A stretch of 64,000 nucleotides of DNA from Hellea sp. (GTDB taxonomy: Bacteria; Pseudomonadota; Alphaproteobacteria; Caulobacterales; Maricaulaceae): positions 337,717-401,716 of the forward strand of contig JBDWDN010000009.1 of assembly GCA_039977295.1 (NCBI GenBank), written 5' to 3'. Shown in pieces: positions 59,283 to 64,000 of the stretch. Made by a program: the position numbers and the translations under genes. The first letter of the stretch is position 1; each line of letters starts with the position of its first letter. The notes beneath the pieces were generated by a model, which was given only the letters and a program-made list of their open reading frames with translations, had not been told where the DNA came from and did not search any database.

Positions 59283-59672
59283 GCCTCCAATAAATTTGAG
59301 CTCTCGCGCCAAGAATAGCTTATGCTTTGGCTCCAACATTTGATTTTGATTCAATGCGATAAGTTGCGTCTCTGATATATTTCCACATTCGACTAAAAAC
59401 CCAATTGCCCAGCTCTTGAGCCCGGCATCCGTTTCTAGGTCTGCGAGTTTTAAATAAACCCTGACGTCAGCATCTGATATAGGTGAGCCCTGTCGGTCTT
59501 TGAAAAACTTTTCGTAAAACTGCATTCGAATATGCTCTGCATCTGGATCGGGCAGCCGCGCATATTGTGTTTCAACAAAGGTTTGATCCACGATATTCGC
59601 GGTGGTCCATTTTTCATGGAGGCCAAGATCATGTAGCATCTCTTTTAGACAGGAGATCACAAAGCCTCCCAC
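59274..59672 (-). CDS. small hypothetical protein (132 aa), first gene of low-GC small-gene array
   Basis: No known motif; overlaps its neighbour. Confidence 0.35.
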   Translation of the reverse strand: MGGFVISCLKEMLHDLGLHEKWTTANIVDQTFVETQYARLPDPDAEHIRMQFYEKFFKDRQGSPISDADVRVYLKLADLETDAGLKSWAIGFLVECGNISETQLIALNQNQMLEPKHKLFLARELKFIGGLP

Positions 59673-59947
59673 TCAAAACGCGTGTTCCAACGATAAAGAT
59701 GATCATCACCCTTATGCTTTTCCAAAATATTGAGGGTTACCATATTTTCAAGCAGATCGAACAACATGTTCCCTAAAGGATTTTCCGTCCAAAATATCCA
59801 TTTTTTGTCGCCAAAACTATAAATGCTTTCGCCGTCTGAGGGAGGCGGAATGATCCCTAAGGCCGCGCCTGCGTGAAACGCCGCAACATCTATTTCAGTC
59901 CATGTTTCCAAAGATTGTCTCAAACCCTGCATAGCCACATTTTTCAC
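59657..59947 (-). CDS. small hypothetical protein (96 aa), immunity-protein-like size
   Basis: Tightly packed in the array; no known motif. Confidence 0.3.
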   Translation of the reverse strand: MKNVAMQGLRQSLETWTEIDVAAFHAGAALGIIPPPSDGESIYSFGDKKWIFWTENPLGNMLFDLLENMVTLNILEKHKGDDHLYRWNTRFEWEAL

Positions 59948-59949
59948 CC

Positions 59950-60486
59950 TTAAGAGTCTCGCTCTAGATATTTAAGAAATAAGTCCCGCGTCGTGCCCCA
60001 GCCGAATTTATCGCGTCTACTGGCGATGTCTGCCATTTCTTGAAAGATTGAGATAACATCAATCCCTTTCGCTGTGCCGCTAGCATGATAGGCACTTAAT
60101 GCGAGTAAAGCGTCGCGCGTATCTTTGCCTTGATCGTCAATGACAAAGAGGATCATATGTTTGCGAAGACCGTCTGGCGTATTAGGATCGGCCTTTAATA
60201 CTGCAGAGTATATCAAGGCGTCATTTTTATACATCAAGTCGATAATGTGTTGACGTTGATCGGGCGTATAAAATTCAAACTGGTCAACAATCTCCTTAAA
60301 CAATGTTTCAACGGCGCCGCGCAGTCCCGCCTCATCAACGGGGTGCGGTCTATTAAAAATTTGCTCTTCCCAATCTGGAGCGTTCATATCAATTTCAACA
60401 TTGATAATGGGCGCGAGCTGTTGATTGAGAAAGGCAGCTCGCCGTTCCCAATCCTCAAAAGCGCTTTGGAATGATTTATGAGTCAT
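59950..60486 (-). CDS. hypothetical protein (178 aa)
   Basis: No known motif; 2-bp gap to its neighbour. Confidence 0.35.
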   Translation of the reverse strand: MTHKSFQSAFEDWERRAAFLNQQLAPIINVEIDMNAPDWEEQIFNRPHPVDEAGLRGAVETLFKEIVDQFEFYTPDQRQHIIDLMYKNDALIYSAVLKADPNTPDGLRKHMILFVIDDQGKDTRDALLALSAYHASGTAKGIDVISIFQEMADIASRRDKFGWGTTRDLFLKYLERDS

Positions 60487-60521
60487 GAGCGGCCAATTCA
60501 GTTATCTGCTCATAGCAATTA

Positions 60522-60851
60522 TTATAGCGCCTGAACATTACCGCTCCCGACGCTCTTGGAGCCTTCTTTAATAACAAAAGAAACGCCCGGTAATAAGCCC
60601 GCGTAATCCACATTTCTATATGGGAGTTTCACGTCAACCTTAATATCCGTATTGAACGCGATTACATCATCGCATCTTATAAATTGGACACCTAAATATT
60701 CCTTGTTCGGGTCATCATCTATAACCAAATGCGGCCTATACTGCCCGCCATCAAACTCTGGCAAAACAGACCTGCCATTCTCTTCAGCGGAATAAAATTT
60801 AACGACTAATTTCATAGAATTATGAGATATAGAACTTCTTACATTTTCCAA
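60522..60851 (-). CDS. small hypothetical protein (109 aa)
   Basis: Low GC (~41%). Confidence 0.3.
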   Translation of the reverse strand: MENVRSSISHNSMKLVVKFYSAEENGRSVLPEFDGGQYRPHLVIDDDPNKEYLGVQFIRCDDVIAFNTDIKVDVKLPYRNVDYAGLLPGVSFVIKEGSKSVGSGNVQAL

Positions 60852-61215
60852 TAATTTCTAAACACTCATGTTCTGAAAAATCTTCCATAAACATTATATC
60901 CATAGTTACGACGCCCGCACATGATTTCGCTAAACTCGCGATAAAATCATCTTTGGAAAAATCAGACTGAATTATGAGAGCTAAACGGACATTCTCATTG
61001 TCTGCATATCGTAACATTGACAAATAGGCTCCGCGAACAGCTGAAACAGTTTCTAACCTTTCGGATATATCGTTTTCCAACCTCTCAGTGTCTTCTCCAA
61101 ATGGCGACCCCAAGAACTCCATTCTATCTGATTGCTCTTTGACGACTTTATACTTTTTCTTACGGAATATGTTCTTAAGCATATCAACCCCTTCAATTGC
61201 AGCTCCGGCAAACAA
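60820..61215 (-). CDS. small hypothetical protein (131 aa)
   Basis: Overlaps downstream gene by 32 nt; no known motif. Confidence 0.3.
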   Translation of the reverse strand: MFAGAAIEGVDMLKNIFRKKKYKVVKEQSDRMEFLGSPFGEDTERLENDISERLETVSAVRGAYLSMLRYADNENVRLALIIQSDFSKDDFIASLAKSCAGVVTMDIMFMEDFSEHECLEIIGKCKKFYIS

Positions 61216-61318
61216 TAAACTTTATACGGTTCTATTGCTCACTGTCCTATGTTCCTCCCATATAGAGTTATGTTTGCGCCCAAATTATGTCTTTTCAGTC
61301 TAACTCTAATTCTTTCTC

Positions 61319-61711
61319 TTACCATTCATAACCTACGATCCTAATACCCTCTTCATAGACCTGAATGGGCCATAGCCCAGCCGTGTTGAGGAGCTCAACC
61401 AAGGCCTGAATATCATTCGAGACATTAGCGGTTGAAATGTCTGATTTTGAGATTTGTAAGAATTCAATATGCGCGAATAGAGCATAGGATATTCCGCCAC
61501 ATTCCCCGAAATCATCATCGCTCTCAAAACTTGGCCCAGGCACAGCGACGCTAAAAATGCGGTCTTGATTGACGAACTTAATACCCACCTCACGGAGAGG
61601 CGGCGCGGCAGCATGGAGTACCGCGAATAGTTTTCGCCACTTTGCATTACTCATATGCTTCACGCTGGCACTGGCTACGCGGCGCTCTAGGCGTCTGTCT
61701 ATCTCATTCAT
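61319..61711 (-). CDS. small hypothetical protein (130 aa)
   Basis: No known motif. Confidence 0.3.
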   Translation of the reverse strand: MNEIDRRLERRVASASVKHMSNAKWRKLFAVLHAAAPPLREVGIKFVNQDRIFSVAVPGPSFESDDDFGECGGISYALFAHIEFLQISKSDISTANVSNDIQALVELLNTAGLWPIQVYEEGIRIVGYEW

Positions 61712-61753
61712 GCTACTTACCGTGTTGATTAGTGATGATGGCTTTCGATGAAT

Positions 61754-62233
61754 TCACCAAACTATAATCTCCTCAACGTCAAAATTTAGATCAAATTGAA
61801 GGGACAACTCCATATCAGGGATATAGTTTGGAGACGCCCAAAAGAGGCATCCTCCATTTTCAAAAAACATCACTTTTCTCAATCTAAGATCTTCACTCAA
61901 ACCTTTGGCATCACCCCCAACCTCTTGACCGATGGGACCAAAGGCCGCCGATGTGACTCTCGTCCCCAAGACATCTCTAAAGCTTGAGATAATATCCTCG
62001 GACAAATTCATAAAAATTTTTTCGCATATTGTAACAGTCTTTAACCATTGATCCCTTGTCGCGTTTTCAATTTCGGCTTGTATCATGACGCTGATATCAG
62101 ATTTTGAGATCTCACACCTTCCTTCTAGAATATCAGTCGAGGCAGGGTTTAACGGGCCAAAGACCTCAGATTGAATGTGGTCGATATTTGTCTTCATAAG
62201 ACTAAAAATCCCTATGCTTAAAAGGGCCCGCAA
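61754..62233 (-). CDS. hypothetical protein (159 aa)
   Basis: No known motif. Confidence 0.3.
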   Translation of the reverse strand: MRALLSIGIFSLMKTNIDHIQSEVFGPLNPASTDILEGRCEISKSDISVMIQAEIENATRDQWLKTVTICEKIFMNLSEDIISSFRDVLGTRVTSAAFGPIGQEVGGDAKGLSEDLRLRKVMFFENGGCLFWASPNYIPDMELSLQFDLNFDVEEIIVW

Positions 62234-62251
62234 TTTCGCGCCAAACTCTAC

Positions 62252-62542
62252 TCATAGAGCTTGCGCAGATCTTGTAATCTTAAGTCTGTCATCTCTATAG
62301 AGACGCCAAGCGGACTGTGCCTTTTGCAAAGTTTCGGTTATAGATTTTTGTGAAACTAAGTAGTCTTCATAATACCCCCGCTCAATTTTACCTACAGTGC
62401 TTTGATAGGTTTCCATTAGGGCGGCATCAGCTTTTTCATATTTCCCTTGAGCCGCGCAGAGGGCCTCGCCGAGATCACAGCCTTCTTGAGCAAAGCAACT
62501 CACCGGAGCTAATGAGAATAATGCAATAAGAAATATCTTCAT
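62252..62542 (-). CDS. LprI-like (DUF1311) periplasmic protein, putative lysozyme-inhibitor family
   Basis: Signal peptide with Cys pairs and the C-terminal LQKAQSAWRLYRDD motif typical of the DUF1311 helix bundle. Confidence 0.5.
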   Translation of the reverse strand: MKIFLIALFSLAPVSCFAQEGCDLGEALCAAQGKYEKADAALMETYQSTVGKIERGYYEDYLVSQKSITETLQKAQSAWRLYRDDRLKITRSAQAL

Positions 62543-62818
62543 AGGATGGCCTTTTTAGACTTTCTCATGATAGTCTCCATTACCGCATAGAGGCGAAAAA
62601 GACACGGTGCTAACACTGTTTTCATTTCACGCGCCGGGTTTCGATTTTTGTGTTCTCTTTTAACCGCAGCTGTCGTGAGAGCTCTGTCAATATCGCGGGA
62701 CGCTTTTGCCCGTTCAGTTCGTCAATCAATTGGTCTGGGCGATGACGGTAGATGTCGCCCCAGAACTTTCGAGCAAGCTTATTCCATACTCTCCAAGTCC
62801 CATCGGGTTGAGCTTTTC

Positions 62819-63283
62819 CTACGTATCGTCTGGACGGTTTTGTAATGATGTTGCCTCCCTTGAAAGCTTTAGTGTTTTAAGATGGTTATCATAATCTAAA
62901 TCGTGAGCGGATTTGCATAAAAGACATTGCCCTCTTTGATGCGTCTTTTGGTGTCCAGAAGAGGACGCTGTCTTAGTTTGACAATGCGGGAAGTTAGAGA
63001 AGCCATCATAAATGCCGCCTACATCTAGAACCTTCTGGACAGTCCCTCTGGCTTTGCAGCTTCGACAGCATAGCTCCAAATAGCGATAAGCAAAAATCTC
63101 AGCATAATTTCTCTCGGAAAAACCCTTTTTGAATTTATATCCCTTTTCTCGCCTTAAGAATAATCGATATGGAAGGGCGGGACACACATCTTGGGTCTTG
63201 CAGGTTTTGATAATAAAAAGTGGACCGGCCTCACCTTCGGTAACGTGGGACCGTTTCATGCCCTCTTGACCTGGGCGGGTCAT
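62819..63283 (-). CDS. HNH-like endonuclease-domain protein
   Basis: Two CxxC knuckles (CCRSC ... CLLCKSAH) flank His-rich HQKTHQ and GGIYDG segments in an HNH-like arrangement; moderate certainty. Confidence 0.4.
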   Translation of the reverse strand: MTRPGQEGMKRSHVTEGEAGPLFIIKTCKTQDVCPALPYRLFLRREKGYKFKKGFSERNYAEIFAYRYLELCCRSCKARGTVQKVLDVGGIYDGFSNFPHCQTKTASSSGHQKTHQRGQCLLCKSAHDLDYDNHLKTLKLSREATSLQNRPDDT

Positions 63284-63311
63284 CCCGCGACGTTTATGTT
63301 TGTTTCGATGA

Positions 63312-63728
63312 CTAATTTTCTAATCCGAGCTTCGTTCCGCACCACGGGCAAAAGTTAATCCCGGCACTATTAAGATACCAGGTGCCATATGATCCCCTGC
63401 CCGTTTTAAATTCCAGATCTATTTCGGGAATAGCGCCATCAACAGTTTTGAACATATTCATGCAGCAATAGTGACTAGATTTTTCTAACATTTTCTGCCG
63501 TGCCGGATTCAGAGATTCTGACCATTTTGCGCAGACTTCACACTCTGATACATGCTTCACATAGCTTAGAAATTTCTCATCCGCATCCGGAATAAGGCTT
63601 ATTATTAAACCTCTATCGAATTCTGCGAGTCCTGATAGGATCATCGCTAAGGGATCACCAATATCGGCGCCGCCATAAAGGGAAAGCACCTTAGCGGCAA
63701 TGTCATCTTGAACAGAATTGCATTTCAT
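63312..63728 (-). CDS. small Cys-pair protein (138 aa; CEVC ... CPWC zinc-ribbon-like)
   Basis: Two CxxC pairs ~60 aa apart; no other motif. Confidence 0.3.
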   Translation of the reverse strand: MKCNSVQDDIAAKVLSLYGGADIGDPLAMILSGLAEFDRGLIISLIPDADEKFLSYVKHVSECEVCAKWSESLNPARQKMLEKSSHYCCMNMFKTVDGAIPEIDLEFKTGRGSYGTWYLNSAGINFCPWCGTKLGLEN

Positions 63729-64000
63729 AACTCCCGCCTCCCTTTATTTTAAAGCCTCAGACTTTTTTAATAACAAACGCGTGCCGATTTTAGGTATGAA
63801 ATATTTCGGGTAAAATTAAGACCAATTTGTGATTACTGCTATTTTCCTTCTATTTTGCTGACGTACCATTCAGGATTTTGGCTCGCGGCATACCTTGTGA
63901 GCACATCTAAATGCGTCTGCAATTTTTCATGCTTATTCCCACTAGGAAAATGAATGACAAAGCATCCCCTCTCGGCATGTTCAATTATGTATTGGGCCCC

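Noticed and set aside
62543-62818. Plus-strand ORFs 62648..62845 and 62706..62894 in the gap of the small-gene array.
   Set aside because: They are on the opposite strand to the entire array, overlap each other, and have no motifs. Minus-strand translation of the gap gives only short stop-interrupted fragments, so this is more likely a decayed cassette or spacer.
1-64000. CRISPR arrays, rRNA, transposases or integrases.
   Set aside because: No regularly spaced direct repeats, no rRNA-like conserved stretches, and no DDE, tyrosine-recombinase or serine-recombinase motifs were seen in any six-frame ORF.

Overview
This is a 64 kb bacterial chromosomal window. It carries no rRNA, no CRISPR array and no recognisable transposase or integrase. 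Overall GC is about 50%, with lower-GC (about 40-45%) accessory stretches at 15.3-17.0 kb, 24.4-25.1 kb and 56.7-64 kb. Read from the left, the content is as follows. (1) A minus-strand operon encodes DoxX, a CRTAC1-like FG-GAP/ASPIC-UnbV protein, two membrane proteins and a DedA protein. (2) An ECF sigma/anti-sigma pair sits divergent from an operon of three consecutive Rieske-domain fusion proteins (Rieske-TPP enzyme, Rieske-glutamate-synthase-like FMN domain, membrane cytochrome-b-like domain-Rieske), a Tat-secreted Cys-rich protein and a Na+/H+ antiporter. (3) Catabolic genes follow: FAD oxidoreductase, uronate-dehydrogenase-like SDR, acyl-CoA dehydrogenase, two P450s, a DcyD-like PLP enzyme, a secreted esterase and a VOC protein with a divergent HxlR-type regulator. 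(4) A giant DUF3857/transglutaminase-like/TPR lipoprotein and a flotillin gene. (5) A degenerate tRNA-Gln-like element is followed by a 713-aa orphan protein, a Rieske oxygenase alpha subunit, a HIT-like/HD/CYTH nucleotide-hydrolase trio, a coupled ferredoxin-unknown pair and a secreted Zn-metalloprotease. (6) A DUF2235 (Tle1-like) lipase, secreted repeat proteins and a second CRTAC1-like protein fused to a DUF318 permease. (7) A radical-SAM, TauD-like dioxygenase and two Sel1-repeat genes in one operon, divergent from an MBOAT and DltD/AlgJ-like pair. (8) A low-GC array of ten small same-strand genes that includes an LprI-like and an HNH-like protein. A four-copy intergenic repeat family with core GCGGCTTAAAAT flanks two-gene blocks at 12.7-19.3 kb. 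The most unusual systems are the triple-Rieske redox operon, the rSAM/TauD/Sel1 and MBOAT locus, the HIT/HD/CYTH cluster and the terminal small-gene island. All functional calls come from motif-level reading of the translations and need a database search to confirm.
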